In this document: piece after piece, positions 1 to 13,700 of the stretch
How positions within the stretch are numbered: the stretch's first letter is position 1
How the letters are laid out: each line of letters starts with the position of its first letter
NCBI GenBank assembly: GCA_036172245.1
Contig: JAYWIR010000003.1
Location: 1,302,001 to 1,366,000, forward strand
Direction: 5' to 3'
Source of the DNA: Raillietiella orientalis
Taxonomy: Eukaryota
Length of the DNA: 64,000 nucleotides
The notes under the pieces: generated by a model
The model's input: only the letters and a program-made list of their open reading frames with translations
Databases searched by the model: none
Told to the model about the DNA's origin: nothing
Translations under genes and position numbers: made by a program

Positions 1-504
1 ACGCCACCAAAGACCTTCCTCGTGACGAGCTTTCGGGGCATTTCCCAAATGCACGCTGTTGCACACTGCTGCACCGCTGCTCCCAGGCGCCATCCTACAA
101 TTCCTTTCCAGCTTTCATGGAGACGTTTCGGAAACGCCGCTGCCGAGTTCCTTTTCCCCACGATAACGGGACCTCGGTGGAAAAGTGGATGGCACGCCGT
201 CCGTCGTCACTGGTGCCTCGAAGCAGCGCCGACTTCCCCGCTTTTGCAAATGGAATGCATCCTTTACGTTACGGCCAGCGATGGAAGCCCTTCGATCCCG
301 GTGCTGGCTTCTTTTATGGAAGCAGAGCTCCCGCAAAAGAATAGCAAAGAAGGTTCGTAAAAGTGGCTGTAAATCATGGTGTGTCGATGCGTTGTCTTCC
401 AGCTACCAACTGCTTCGTCATTTACGGCGACAACGAGACGGGGATTCATTCTTTCCCCGAACCTCTCCCCAAAGCGTTTTCTTTCCCTAATGCGATTCCT
501 CGGC

Positions 505-900
505 GTCTGTGAGGCATTCGGTGATCCCCTCCGGGGTTCTTCTCGGAGAAGGGAACAGGAACGGTTCCCTTGGGAGAGACCACCAGGACGAGGGTTCCTT
601 CCCGAGAGTAAGAGGAACGGACTCCTTTCCACCGGAGCCTTCCCGGATTCACAGGGTGGTCCCTATGGTATCACCCCTAACTTGAAGCGTTAAAGAACTT
701 GTCATCGCGTCGTGGCAACGACGCGGCGCCTTCGCGGCGTCGCCTGGCAACGAGGGTGTTTTGTCAGCGCTCTGCGCCTGCGTTCCTGTCGAACGGGCTG
801 CACCCTAAGAGAGGGGGAGGAGGGCGGTTCCTCAGCACCTGGAGAATCCCTCCCCCCCCAAAAAAAAGAAAAACCTGGAAGGAAAGCAGCGAGAGCGTGA
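505..900 (+). mobile_element. SINE-like repeat, 3' part, with an internal insertion of about 100 nt
   Basis: Contains gagagaccaccaggac, cccctaacttgaag, gggcggttcctcagcac and an A-rich tail as in the 38 kb copy. Confidence 0.6.
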
Positions 901-1240
901 GAGCCCCAAGGGATTTGCGCGTTCTTCATTGCCTTCTGTGGCAAAGAGACATATCCGGACACGAGACCAGCGTCCGAGGTCGGCAGGAGAAGGCTACCTT
1001 GAAGGAGGGATGAGTTCGTGTTTCCGGGAGGGGAAGCGTCGGGCGAAAGCACCGGGCCTGGAAGGAAGGGAGAGACTGGAAGACCTGGAAGGCTGGGAGA
1101 GACTCTCCCAGCCTTTGAGACCCAACAAGTGAGACAAGCGCTCGGACCAGGTAATGTGCGCACTTTGCTCCCCGCCTGAGGAGGGCGATTTCGCCTCAGG
1201 GCAGAGCACGTGACCACGGGCACCTCGTTCCAAACCTTCT

Positions 1241-1246
1241 TTTATT
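1241..1246 (-). promoter_or_regulatory. Candidate polyadenylation signal AATAAA
   Basis: First AATAAA I found on the minus strand after the stop, about 340 nt downstream. Confidence 0.4.
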
Positions 1247-1583
1247 TGGAAACCGAACATCTCGGTCCTCGCACAGGGAGGGAGGGAAGGAGTGCGCGAC
1301 GACGTCGGCACTCTCGCGGCATCGCCTGGCAACGAGGAGGGTGTTCTTGCCGCAAGCTGCGCCTGCGTTCCTGTCGAACGGACTGCATCCTGAGCGGGAA
1401 TCTGCTGTCGAGCGTGGAACCGCGTGCTTCACATCTGGGCAATGCTGCCAGCGGCTCCAAGTCAGGGACTGCCTGGGGCCGAACGTGGGGTCCCCACAAA
1501 AAAACAAAAAAACAAAAAAACTCAAACTTTGACGTTTCCCCCCCCCCTGGAGCGTGTTTCTCGGAGCGCAAGGATTTCTGCGC

Positions 1584-1757
1584 TTAGACGAATCCATGGG
1601 AAAGCTCCAGCAGCTTGGTGTTGATGGGTTTTCTATCATCGTAGAGGGTCGGTGCTTGCAAGATTATGGCAGCCGTTCCTATGAGCACAGCGAGCGTAAA
1701 TATCCAGAGGAAAAGCCTGTCGAGCACCATGGCGACGTACTTCCAATCTTCTCTGAT
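1584..1757 (-). CDS. nAChRalpha4: nAChR coding exon 11 (TM4, C-terminus, stop)
   Basis: [60 protein letters not shown]; acceptor tttcag. Confidence 0.97.
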   Translation of the reverse strand: MREDWKYVAMVLDRLFLWIFTLAVLIGTAAIILQAPTLYDDRKPINTKLLELSHGFV

Positions 1758-4700
1758 CTGAAACGGTTAGGAGGCTCATTCGCAAGCGAAACGGGGACGG
1801 GAAGGCCGGTTGAATTTCCGGATCACGCATTTCTGATCGCGGGCTGCTGGCTGAAACAGCTGCGTGGCCGACGAGGCAGCTGAGACTCGGAGGACGCGCG
1901 GTCCGACGCGAAAGTCTCAGGGAAGGGGGAGAGGGGAACTGCTGCGTGACGTCACGGATCGGCGCATCGTTTGCGACCCTTCGCAGCCGGATCTTTCCGG
2001 TAATGCAATTGACGAGTGTCCGCCAAAGCAGCGCTCTTCCACGGAGTTAATGAAGGTTAACGAAATTGAAGATGCGGAAGGAGCCCGGATCCAGCCTTAA
2101 CTGCGGTGCGGGGAGCACAGACACAAATAATCTTCCGTTTTCCAGTTTTCATGGAACATCTGATGATGCACCAATAAATCGCGGCGCATTGGCCACGGGA
2201 AGAGCTCGCGAACTCGAGGAAAAAGCCCTGGCCACTCGGTTACTTTTTTTTGAGATGAAAGAAAAACAAAAACACAAAAAAAAAAAAAAAAAAAAAAAAA
2301 AAAACGGAAGCATCCCATCACATGAGTTTCGGTTATCTTTAGCGGACGAGATCGCATATGGAAAGTTTGGTATTTCGTTTGTCTGTCCTGCGGTGTTCGG
2401 TTTGCACACAGCGCGCTCTCGTACAGCGCGGCGACGAAGAACATGGAGGCTGCTCTCGTGCGACGCGGTCAATCAGCCCCGCAGTAGCAACGCCGGAGAT
2501 GAAGTTTAATTTCGCGGTACTTTTAATTTGCGTTCGTTCAGCTGCTCTTGAAAAGGATGCGATCACGTCACTCGAATCAGATTCCAGCTTGAATGCTGCT
2601 CCATTCGAATGTTCGTGAATGAAAGAGCGCAGGAAGATGAGTTTCAGCTATGGAGCTGAAACTGAAGAGTAGCTTCCATCTATCGATAAAACTCTACAGC
2701 TTTTTCTTCTTTCTTTCCTTCTAAAGCTAGATGAAGATGATAAGCACCGCACCGTTAGAACGCTCGAGACACACCTTCCATCTTTTAGATGAATGCCGTG
2801 CGCGCGTGGCACGAAGGACTCGCATTGCGCGGAGCGTGCTCTCCGCGTAATACGAGGGCCTCCTTTATTTTGCCCACTGGGCTCTTCCCGCACCGTGGCT
2901 TCCAAGGTCACAAAATCTGCGTCCGTGGCGCTCTCCCGGAACGTCGAATTTCGGTAACGGGGAGAAAAGAAGCGCGCGTCAGATGCGCCTGAGGTTCCGT
3001 TCGTGCCTGGGCTCGGAAGTTTTCCCTCCCGGAAGTGAATCGGGAAGCTGCGCGTCCTTCCCTTGGCGCGAATCGTCTGCAGGAGAGGAGGGGAGCGAAA
3101 GGTGGCGTGGCAGCCGCCACGGGACGCGCGGCGGTCTTCAGCATGGGGAAAGAGGGCCTCTCAGACTCTTCTCATCTTTTCGCCTCCCTCCCTTAACCGC
3201 GGCGCATCGGCGCTCCGTTTTCGGAGACTGCGGCTGCTGCAGAAGGGAAGAGACTTGTTCCCTCCGGGCATGTGGCTTGCCCTCCGATTCATTTTCCTTT
3301 GAGCCCATCCCCAGAACTGGTAACCCGATTAAGATAACTACCCTACTCGGCGTCGGAACGGTGGCAAGGGAAGGGATCCGTTTCCGTCCGAATGTTCGCG
3401 AACGAAAGAGCGCAAGAAGATGACGATGCATTTGTCAGCCACGGGAGCGATAGAGCTCTCCAGTTCGAGCTCTTTCCATCGATCGATAGAACTCTATGAG
3501 CTCCTCTCTTCAAGTTCCATGACAAACAAACACTTCGGATTCCTTTTTTTTTTTTTGTCTTGGAGTGAAATGATAAGCAACCTATCGTTATAAGGCTTAG
3601 GATACATTTCCCATCTTTTAGATAAACGCCATCCGTGAGTGGCACGTAGGACTCGTAAAGCGCGGAACGATTCCCCCCCTCCCCCTCGCGTCATACGAGG
3701 GTCTGCTATATTTAATTTAATCAAATTCTAAAGTTATCAATGTACATCGTGTACAGTAAACCATGCCCCATGAACAGACCATTCTTGAGTCGAATCGGTT
3801 CAACTTTCACTCAGCATAATGCACATTATCTGCAGTAGCCGTTCCGATTTAAAAGATTTTTCCGCATCCTCACATAAGGAGCACCCACGTCTTTTTTCGC
3901 ACGTCATGTGTGATTCTGTAAAAACGAAAAAAAAAAAAAAAATCCAAAGAACCTTTCTCTGACGACTGGAGCTCGGAAAGCAAAAGTCTTCACCCTACTC
4001 CTCCCCCAGGTAGCCACATCTCTCAGCACGTGGATTCTCGTTTTCCACTCGCCCTTTAGGAAAAACGACTCCGCGATGGCTACGGGGTAGGGTGGGTGGG
4101 GAGCGGTAGGATCGCGGCAAGGGGTGACGCCTCACGAAGGCCAACGGAAGGTCAGCCACCTCCGCCGCCCTGCACCCGCCCCGTTCGGTTCAAAGGGTCA
4201 GCCATTTCGTTCCGCCCCAAAGTCCGCAGGGCGGATGAAGTCTCCACCAGCTGCTCGCCGGGTGGTGCCATTCTGCTGCAGCCCCGGGTCTCCAGGCTCC
4301 TTCCGACACCGCCAGCGCGACGCTCAAAGCTCCCCCGGGGTCCGCAGCCTCGAGCCCGCTGCAGGACCCCCTCCGAGGCCGGACGCCAGTCGGAACTTTG
4401 AAACGCCTCGACTCGTCCACCGCTGCAGACGACCGCAAACGCGCTTACACGCAACCCCAGGAATCTTAGGGGTTCCGTTTTCATACCCATTCCTTAATAA
4501 ATCAATTTGGAGCCAGGATCCTGAGAGAGTAGAAGGAAAGTAGAGGAAATGAAAAGAAAATGGTGAAGTGGCTCTCGTGAGGCGGACTCAGCCGTGAGAC
4601 GATCCGGCTGCCCTTCCGATAGGAGCGCGTGAGCTGCCCGCCCGTCCTCTTGCAATCCGGGCGAAGCGTCTCCTTTGGGAGGAAGGGGGGGGGGGGGTCT

Positions 4701-7700
4701 TGAGAGAAGAGGCAAGAGGCTCCGCCCGGGATCTTTCGAAAGGACCGGGACGCGGCGGCAAAGGAAGCGCTGCGCAACTACGCCATGCTTGCAGCTGAAG
4801 TCCCGAAGAGTCGCCATCGTTGAGGGACACCAGGGCTAATGGGCCCGGTTTGATCGTTAGTGGGAGGAGGGGAGGGGGAGGGGAGAGCGAATCCGCTGGC
4901 TCAAATCTATTGGATCCATCATTTTTCTTTAGCGGGTGTCAGGAAGGGAAGGCGAAGCGCCTGCCTCGGAATTTACATGTTGCTCTCCCGATGTTGCACA
5001 ACGCGGGAATGGTGATGCCGGAAGGGATTACCGCCGGGAATCCCATTATACAGTGGCGTTTGTGATTACCGAAGAAGGGAAGACAAAGGGAAAGGAGGAA
5101 CGGCTGCGACAAAAACAAACAAAAAAAGGATTCGGAATGAAATTCCCTCACACGCATGCTGAGCTGCTCGCCGGACGGCGGTCAGCGGCACGTGAAAGTT
5201 CAGCACCGGAAGAAGTGCTCATAAGGGATGGGAAAGTGGGGGAAGAAGAAACGTTTCTTCCCGTTCCTGCATGGGTTTCTTCGCGCGTTGGACCGGACTT
5301 CGGATGGGGAAGTCCACGGCGATTCCTTGGCAACTGATCCGAGGAGCGGCAAGCAGAGAAAACTCTTGTCGCCGTGCTTGTTGAGAGCTCAGTCTGTGGA
5401 ATCGAGCTGGTCCCACGGGGTGGCCGGAAATCGACCTCCAGGTCGCGCACGCCGAGATGTGAGCCTCGACACCATCCGTTAACGCGCGAGCCGCCGCCTT
5501 TCGCTTCGGGGCTCAGGGGAGAAGCCATCGTCGTCCACTTTCACCCTGGACCTCGAGACGGTCGGTAGAGCGAAGGGGGCCTCGAATTTTCGGCTTGGGA
5601 GAGAACGGGAGGGCACAGCGAAGGTCGCGTTTTTTTTTTCCCAGACATCCTGTTCGGAGAAGGTGGAAGCAATGGTTTACGGAAAGGACAGGGAAATCTA
5701 TCTATCTATCTCTGTCTATCTATCTATCTCTATCTGTATCCATTTATACATATCTTTTTATCTATCTATTTATGTCTATATTCTATCTATCATCATCATC
5801 ATCATAATCTTTCGCCTCTTCGTCTTTCGCATTTTTCGCCCCCCAGGAGACAAAGTCGTCCATCTCGACGATCCTTGGGATCTCGGGAAGAGAAGACGTT
5901 GTCTTCACCAGCGGGGTTGCTGAAGGCAACGGCGAGTGCGCAAGAAAAGTGATGTTCGTTGGGAAGTGCGGATGGGGTAGGGAGGCGAGCGAGTTTTCCC
6001 CCTGGGCACCCTCGACCCTTAGATTCTCTTCCACTTGCACCCCGGGTACCCAAGCAACCACGCATCCGCGGGACCACACCGATCTCCTACCACCACTGCT
6101 TCTCGTCCGGCCAGGGGAAACGCCATCTGAGCTGGAAAAGGACCGACGAGAATTTCAGGGAGGCTCTGCTTTTCTGAGTAGCGGTGGCGAAGCCGAATCT
6201 TTGATTGCCGAGGGGAGGGAGGGGAGGATTCCGGGAACTTTTGGTCCGGAGGCGGGACGTTGCACCGTAGGAATGCTTTGCCCGCTCAACATTCCCGGCC
6301 CCCGCTCCGGGAATGTCTCCTTGATCCGGGGTCTGTTCTTTTACGGATTCTCATCCGCCCTGGTATCATCCACTTCTTCAGGAGAGAATGCCAGGGCAGG
6401 GAAATAGGTGCCAGGGTCCGCGTCGAGAAGCTGATGAAGAACGGTCCTCCGGGCTCTGCTCTTCCCGAGAGGACCGGATGCTGTAGCTCGTTCGGCTACT
6501 CGCTGGCCAGGATGCGTACTCGGTCGGCGCGGGGAGTCCCGCATCCGCCTACTCTTCTGGAAGTTCGGTAGGGCAATAGTCAGCCAGCGGCCGCTGTGAT
6601 GATTCGGGCCGGAATAGGGAGGTCGCAAGGCGTGCTACCCGCCTCTCATTACCCGATGGGACGTTCGGACGTGCTGCGACCTTCCGCCATTACGTGTTCA
6701 AACAAACGAAAGGAAGGGTGGGAGGGACCCCTCCGTACGCCTCGGTTTCACACGAGGCATAGAAAGCTGCACGCTTCGGCTCGCCGCGAGACGGACTCTC
6801 TGTAGGATTCGTGCCTGGAGGCGTTTCGCATGCACGCGTTTTTTCAGGTGTGCTCGCCCGCTCCGGAACGCCGGCTCTCCCACGCGGAAGCAGCTCTGTT
6901 GGAATGGTCCTCCCGCTCGGGTCATTTGCAAGGATGGGAGATCCCGCTGCATAAAGGAGAGCGTCCAGAATCCGAAAGCGGCTCCCTTCCGTAAGAAGAA
7001 ATTTTGGAATGCGTTGAAATCGACATCCTTTAGATTGTGGATCCCCAAACGTTTTTTTTCTTCCGCGCCACGGTGACGACTGTTTCATTTGGTTCCCTGA
7101 GCGCGCGCTTGTGCGCTTCTTCCTGTTTTTTTCCCTTCTTTTTAGATGCGCAACAATGCAGAGCTGACAGCTTGGTTGCGTCATCGACGACGTCTGCGAG
7201 GCCAGCGGCACGCCGCCCAGTTCCGTTCGAGCGTTCGAGCGGGTGGGTGCCATGCTGCGACTATGCTGCGCCAGCCCGCTGCACGCACGCACGCGCCCCG
7301 AATGCTGGAGCCGTCCCGCTGCGCCGGCGCAATCTTCGGGCTGCTGAGAGGACGCCCTCGGGGAAGCGGTTCCGGGCCAGATGGGTGGTGGTGGCCTGGC
7401 CCGGTGGAGCGGCCGCCGCTGCACCGCGAGGGCAGGGCCGAAAGGGTTCGCAGATGTCCGGGATCAACCCGGGGCCGGGCTTCGCTTTACCGATCCTCCT
7501 TCCGAGAACCGGACGAGACCTCGGCCGAGCCCGGCAGGGGTCCTTCCAGCTGCTTCGGAGGGCAGACGCGGCCGCGACCGCCACGTTTGAGCGTGGCGGA
7601 ATCGCAACAACCGTCGTGGTCTTCCTCGGATTGATACGCCCCTGCAAGAACCTGCAGCTGTTTAGCGGCGGTTCTGGTTGCTGGGAGCGCTGAGTGTCTT

Positions 7701-10700
7701 CGCCGCTGCTCTGTGTCACCGCACGCGAAGCCCTCGGAAGCACCGCCCAGACACGGCCCCCCCGGCCGCGGTCGCCCGGAAACTCGCCGCCGTCCTGTCC
7801 TCCCGCTCTGAAGGGGAAGGAGGGACGAAGGACCCCTGCCCTCGTGATCCCCGAACCTCCTCCCCCCTCCCCACTTCTCTGGAGGCCGAACCGAGACGGC
7901 GTTCGCCCCTTCCGACCTGCTTGCCGACCCCCAGGGTTCCTCCCCATCGCGCGTGGGTTCATCCACCCATTCTTCGCCGTGTCTCCATCCCACCCGCCCT
8001 TCGTACGTGGGGGTTTCTCCTTGGGGGTTGGGCCGACGGCAACCCCCAGTGCTGCCGTCGGCCCAGTTCGCGCTTCTGCATGGTTCCTGTCACGCCCACG
8101 CGTCCCTAGAGACGCGGATGCACCTTTTCCTGGCGGAGGGGGGAGGTCGACACCTCCCTGGGCCATTCCCTAGTACTCTCGTCTCCCTCCCCAGCCCTCA
8201 GGAGGGAGAGCGAGAGACTCCCCCCACCCTGCAAGAGTACGTGGTTTGCGTTTCGACAGATGCCACTTCCAACTCCACCTCCGCGCGCCCGCGATGCGCT
8301 TCAACCGCCTTGCTGAGCCCGCATCCCTTGAAAGTGGTGAAATCGCTCGGGGACTTCCAAGGCCCCAGAGTGCTCCTTGGCTTCCGACCGGGCCTTCGCC
8401 CTGCGGCCGCCGGCGCTGAGCGACGGAAGGTAGTGCGGGACTAGGCACCTCCGAAGGGGTCCGTCGGCGTGTCCAGCACCACGGAGGAATAAGGAAGAAG
8501 AGGGAGGCAAGGAACGGCGCCCGATCCTTTGCCGACCCTTTCAGCAGGGGCGGGGGAGCATCCGGTTCTTCGCAGTTCGCGCGCCGCCTCTGAAGCGGCT
8601 CGCAGTTCCACCAGACGCCAGTGGCGGAGCTGAGGTCGCACCCCCAGAGCCTGGGGCGACCACGCACAGCTTCCGCGCGTAGTACAACCAATCGTCGCGG
8701 GTTCGAATCACGCCTGGGAAAGGATTTAAGGCGAAAATAGGGGGTGCAGATGGCTCCTGCTGGCCTACATCCGGGTGCGGCACTGGTGGAAACTGATAAA
8801 AAAACCGGACGACCCCGATGAGTGGCCGGGATTAAGAGTTGACCCTCTGGGGTCATCCCAGGAAACAGAAGACTGACTCTTGCCGCACGTTCTCGAGGGT
8901 CGCACGGCCCGGCTCCACGAGGCATCTCGGCGTGCGAAGGTGGTGGGATGGCTGCCAGCGGGCGGCGGAGTGGATAGCGGTCCTACCTGCACAGCCTCCT
9001 CCTCCCTCTTCGTGTAGTCCGCGATGAAGCGGATGCACTCGTAGGCTCTGCAGGCCTCCAGGCAGCTCGCCCTGGACTCGTCCGGGGGCCTCCTGGGGGC
9101 CGTGAAGTACGACGAGTCCTCCGAGCCGGAAAGGGCGCAGCGCACCTTCCCGTGGACCTTGCAGACGATCTCGACGTAGTCCTGGACGGGCTCCCTACGG
9201 CAGGCAGCGGCGGGTCAGCGGTCCAATGAACCGAGCCCGCGTGTCTTCACCCCTCCCCGCCCCCCCGTCCCGTTGAGGACGCAGTGCGACAGGGTCGAGG
9301 GTCTACGCGGCCCGGAGCGGACGACACGAGAGAAGGGGACAGGGACGGAAGGTTTTCCCGAGGAAGGGAGGCTACGTCTCCTACTGTTCCCACCTGCGGT
9401 ATCTGTGCGCCGGATGTGAAGTGCAGGCCTCGCGGGACGGGTGCGGGCGGGATTCGGATCGGTCTCCGTAGGAACGGGCAATGTGATGTGGGGAGCGAGG
9501 ACCCGGAACTTGGTCTCCCGGAGGAAAACGCCTCCCGGTGCGTCGACGGAGCCGAAAGAGGCAGTTCGGCCGGTGGCCTTGGCGGGTCCGAGAGGCTGTG
9601 CGGAGGAATGGAACAGGTCGCCGTGCTCGCATCGTCGCATCCACAGCCGCCGCTTCGCTCCCCTCCGAGTCCGTCATTCGAGCTTCGTCGGAGCGGTCTG
9701 GAACGGACGCCGGGACTCGTCGGGAACAGTGCCGACCGGCAACCGGTTTTTGCCGCCGACGCGGCGTCTCCGCCAATCTCCGAAAACGCCGCGTTCCTGC
9801 AGTGGTTCTCCACCCCGAGGAGCGGCTGCCAGCCCGTCGCTCGAGGGCCGCGGAGACGGGTGGAAGCGCACTCCTCTCCCCCCCCCCCCCCCCTACGGGC
9901 ATCTCGGCGCTCAGTGCAGGAAGTCTGCTTGAAAACCTTCGGATGCTCCGGCCCCAAGCTGTCCTCCCCACAGGGAGCCCGACGGCAACGGCCACGGGGT
10001 TGGGCTGGATAGGAGTGGGGCCTCCCGCCGCATGGTCACGTCGTCGTCTTGTCGCTCCCTCTCGGTCGTCGTCCGTCCGTCCGCCTGGCCGGGAGCAACG
10101 GGTCTCGCGCTTCCGGCCATCATCTTTCTCTCTCTCTCTCGCGCGCGCGCGGAGGGCTGCGTCGCAGCCCCCGGCCGAGCGGCGCTCTCCCTCCCCGAAG
10201 GCGGGGGTCGGTACCTCTCACCTCTGATAGGAGGGGACGTAGCGGTGGGGGCAGGAGTTCCCGTGAGCGTCGTCCGTCGTCCGTTCGCACCAGACCTCCT
10301 TGAAGTTGCTGTGGCTGTCGAGGAAGTTGTTCAAGGAGTAGACGTCATCAGCGGAGTCCTGGACGGCGAAGCTGGGTTTGCGCAATCTGCAGAAGAGGCA
10401 GGATGGATGGGATCCCCTTGCCTGCCGTCGCGGGGGGCAGCTGCTCCCTTTCGATGGCTCCCTGTCCCTAGGCAACCCCCCCGCGAACGTGTCAGCGCGC
10501 CGCCTCGCTGCTCCCACGGACGCATCTTCAGCAGGCGTTCCGCCTCGCTCCCCCTATGACGACCGCGTAGGAGGCCACGTGACTGCAGTCTCCGCGCATG
10601 GTGCCACCAATCGTCGCTGGTTCGAATCCCTCCCAGGGAAGGAGCGATGCCGAAAAATGGGTGCGTCGTGGGTTCGAGTTCCGTCCACTAGATGACGCTG

Positions 10701-13700
10701 GTTGGCCAACATTCGGGTGCGGCGCTGGTGGAAGCTGGTAAAAAACCGAACAGCCCTGATGAGTGGCCGGGATTGAGAGTCGACCCTCCGAGGTCCTCCC
10801 AGGAAACAAAATCCAGGAGATTGATTCCGTTTCTGCGCGTGAGAGGAGAGGAGGTCAGGGTTCGCCGCGGACTCCCGTCCGACGTCCCTCCGTCGTCCAG
10901 GGGGCGCCTTGCCGTCTGGATGGTATCCTCCCTCGAGGGCGGTCCAGACTGGCTCCGCGCAACATCTTGGCGTGCCGAGGCGGCGAAGCAGGTCTCACTC
11001 CTACATGCACAGCCTCCTCCTCCCTTCTTGTGTAGAGGAGGGAACGGCCAGAAACGAGTGCGCCCTCTGAGCACCCCCGTGCTCAACGCCACTCGGTGGC
11101 GGCGGCCTGAGACCACCACAGCGGTCGCTGCAGAACGCCGAAACGGGGCGAAGCATTTCCTCGGCTTGTCAGGTGCGAGCGGGAGCGGGACCTGGCTCCT
11201 GGGAGCCGGGAAGAGGGTAGCTCTACTCTCCTCCTCCGCACAGAGGCTGCGAGTCCCGGAGCTCGGGCGAGTCCAGATGCTCGGAAGGTTCGCCCGTGGG
11301 AGCGCCGGGCAACGTGGAAGCCATCCACTTCCGGCTGGAGATGGCGGGGGAGTCCAGAAGCGGAGGTCCTTCCGGAGCGGAACGGAGCTGCCGTTCCCGG
11401 CGACGGGAGCGTCGAAGTGGAACGTGAGGTCATGACCCCGCGAGTTTGCAGCCGCAAGCGATGACTCCCGAGCAGGGGACGAAGGGAAATCAGAACGCAA
11501 GAATCATCAGGGATTCCGCGCGGCATTTCCCGGCCGACATCATCCCGCACCTCATCGGACTAGGGAGAGAGGCGCCTAGAAGAAAGACTTTTCATCCCCC
11601 TTTTCTCTGATGCTCCTCCGGGTCCTCCCGCAGGATCGGCGCAAAAGAAACACGAAGGAGTCATGTCAGTTCCGGTGCCCTCAGCTGATCGCTTCCGGAG
11701 GCGGCCCATTCCCTGCCGTCAGCCAAACATCACCGCCGGAGGGAGCCGCTGCGAGTTCTCCCGGGGCAAGTCTGCCCCACTTCCCCGCCCGCGGGTCGAG
11801 GGGTACTTCGCTTCCAGGCTGCTCGGAGAGAGGATGGACGATGGAGGGGATCAGATCCCGCGGCGTCCTGGACACGCGATCGCGAAGAAGAGCACCATCT
11901 TTACCCGGGGGGTTGGATCCCGCTGGCTGGAGGAGGAGCCCCGTGCGGGTCACCATCGGTCCGTCGTCGTCTCTGATGATTCTCGGGGAGACACTTGCAG
12001 CATCCTCCGGCTCCCGTCCCGGGGATGATGAGGGTTCTCTTCCTCCTCCTTTATCGCGTCGCCGCCTCCTTGAGGGGGAGGATGCCTTTCTCGGATGGTT
12101 CCGATTCCTCGCTGCCCAGCGCCATCTTAGCCGCTCCTCGCACTAACTGAGCTTTCGATTCGCCTAACTCCCGCTCGCAGAGGAGACGCGAGAGGGGAGC
12201 TGCAGCCGGCGGCCGCCCTTGACCTTATTCGAATGTAGGGGAAGTCGCGCCCACTGCTGCGTCCGGGTGGGGTCTTTCTCCTGCTTCGCCGGGAACCGTC
12301 CCTACGGTTCGATCGGACTCCTTTCGCACTCCCTCGAAGCCTTCGTGTGGGGTCGTCCCTCCCGCCTCGCGCATGCAGGCAGGTTGTTGAGGCAACTCCT
12401 CCTAACACCTCCTCTTTCCGTGGCATCCGAGTTGGCGGGAGAGCGGAGGCGACTGTCGAATCGATGGCGGAGGGGGCGACGATTTGCGCCTGTGATTGCT
12501 CGTCACTCCTTGATCTCCAGGTCGGCAGACCGTTTCCAGAGCAGCGCCTCGTCTTGCGTGGATAGGATCGCTCCAGATCGAGGAAAGCTTCCAGCGGAAG
12601 GCTGGACGACGGCTCGTGCCGGCGGACCTCTTGTGCTTGCAGACTCATAGGGTGGAAAGCGAGGATATGGCAGCGGCACAGCGATTGCCGACGTTTCCAG
12701 AGAACTGGAAGTGGCGTTCGTCTTTCGCGCCGGAAGCGGTTCCGTCCCTCAGGGGAAGGGGAACATGAAGGGGAGGAAGAGAACATCACCTGTGCCTCTG
12801 GATCAAGCACTTTGGCCTCTTCATGATCAGGAACCTCGGCAAGACGTGGATGAAGACCGTCTTAACCCAAGGCGGCATGGTGTGCGTTTCTGGAGAACGG
12901 AAGTGCACATTCAGCACCACGACAGTGACGCAAATACTAAAAGCACAACGTCGGCGTGTCACTCCCCATCTACCACAAATACTTTCAAAGAGTAGCATTC
13001 AGCAATGGTTATTAATAAAGAGTGAACGAGCGGTTCGGCTGTTTGGCGCTGTTTCTCACCCCCTTTCCCCCCGCCACGACGCGAGGGGTCTCGTCTGAAA
13101 GCCCCCTGCGAACGTGGACGCAAAACCGATGGGAGTGGAGAGCATAAAGGTGGGGCGGCGCCCCTGGATTTTACACGCTGGCCATAAGGATCGAGCGTTG
13201 ACCAATTAAGGAGCGAGGCTGTTGCCTGTTAATGGGGCGCCCGCGCGCTCTTGGGGACTTTTTCTTTCTCGCTGGACGTTTGACAGTACTGCCAGCGTCA
13301 AGGGGGAAAAAATAGGGAAGAAAGAGGGATAGAGAGATAAGAAAACTTCCGATGGGAGCATTTCTTGCAGACAAGTCCCCCTCTCTTACCTCAATGTCAC
13401 CAGCACCATGGCGAATATGAGGTACTTGCTGAGCAAAGGCAAGCTGACGCTGGTCGGGGGTATGATTTCCGTGACAAGCAGGAAGAACACGGTCAAGGAA
13501 ACGAGGATGCTGATGGAGAGATTCACCTGGAAATCAGATAGGCGATCAGATCGGCTGAAGCAGCGAAGTCGGGGGCGGAAGCGGCGTAGGAGCGCAGGGT
13601 CCCCCGAGCGCGAAGCACGGTCTCTGAGGCTCGCTCGCGGGGGAGCGGACGGTCCCTGCAAGGAGCTGCGCGTGGGAGGTGATACGAGCTGCTTTCCTCT

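Noticed and set aside
12786..12790. Stop codon immediately after the exon 8 donor as a programmed truncated isoform
   Set aside because: Any phase-2 gtga or gtaa donor creates an in-frame stop; no evidence of intron retention.
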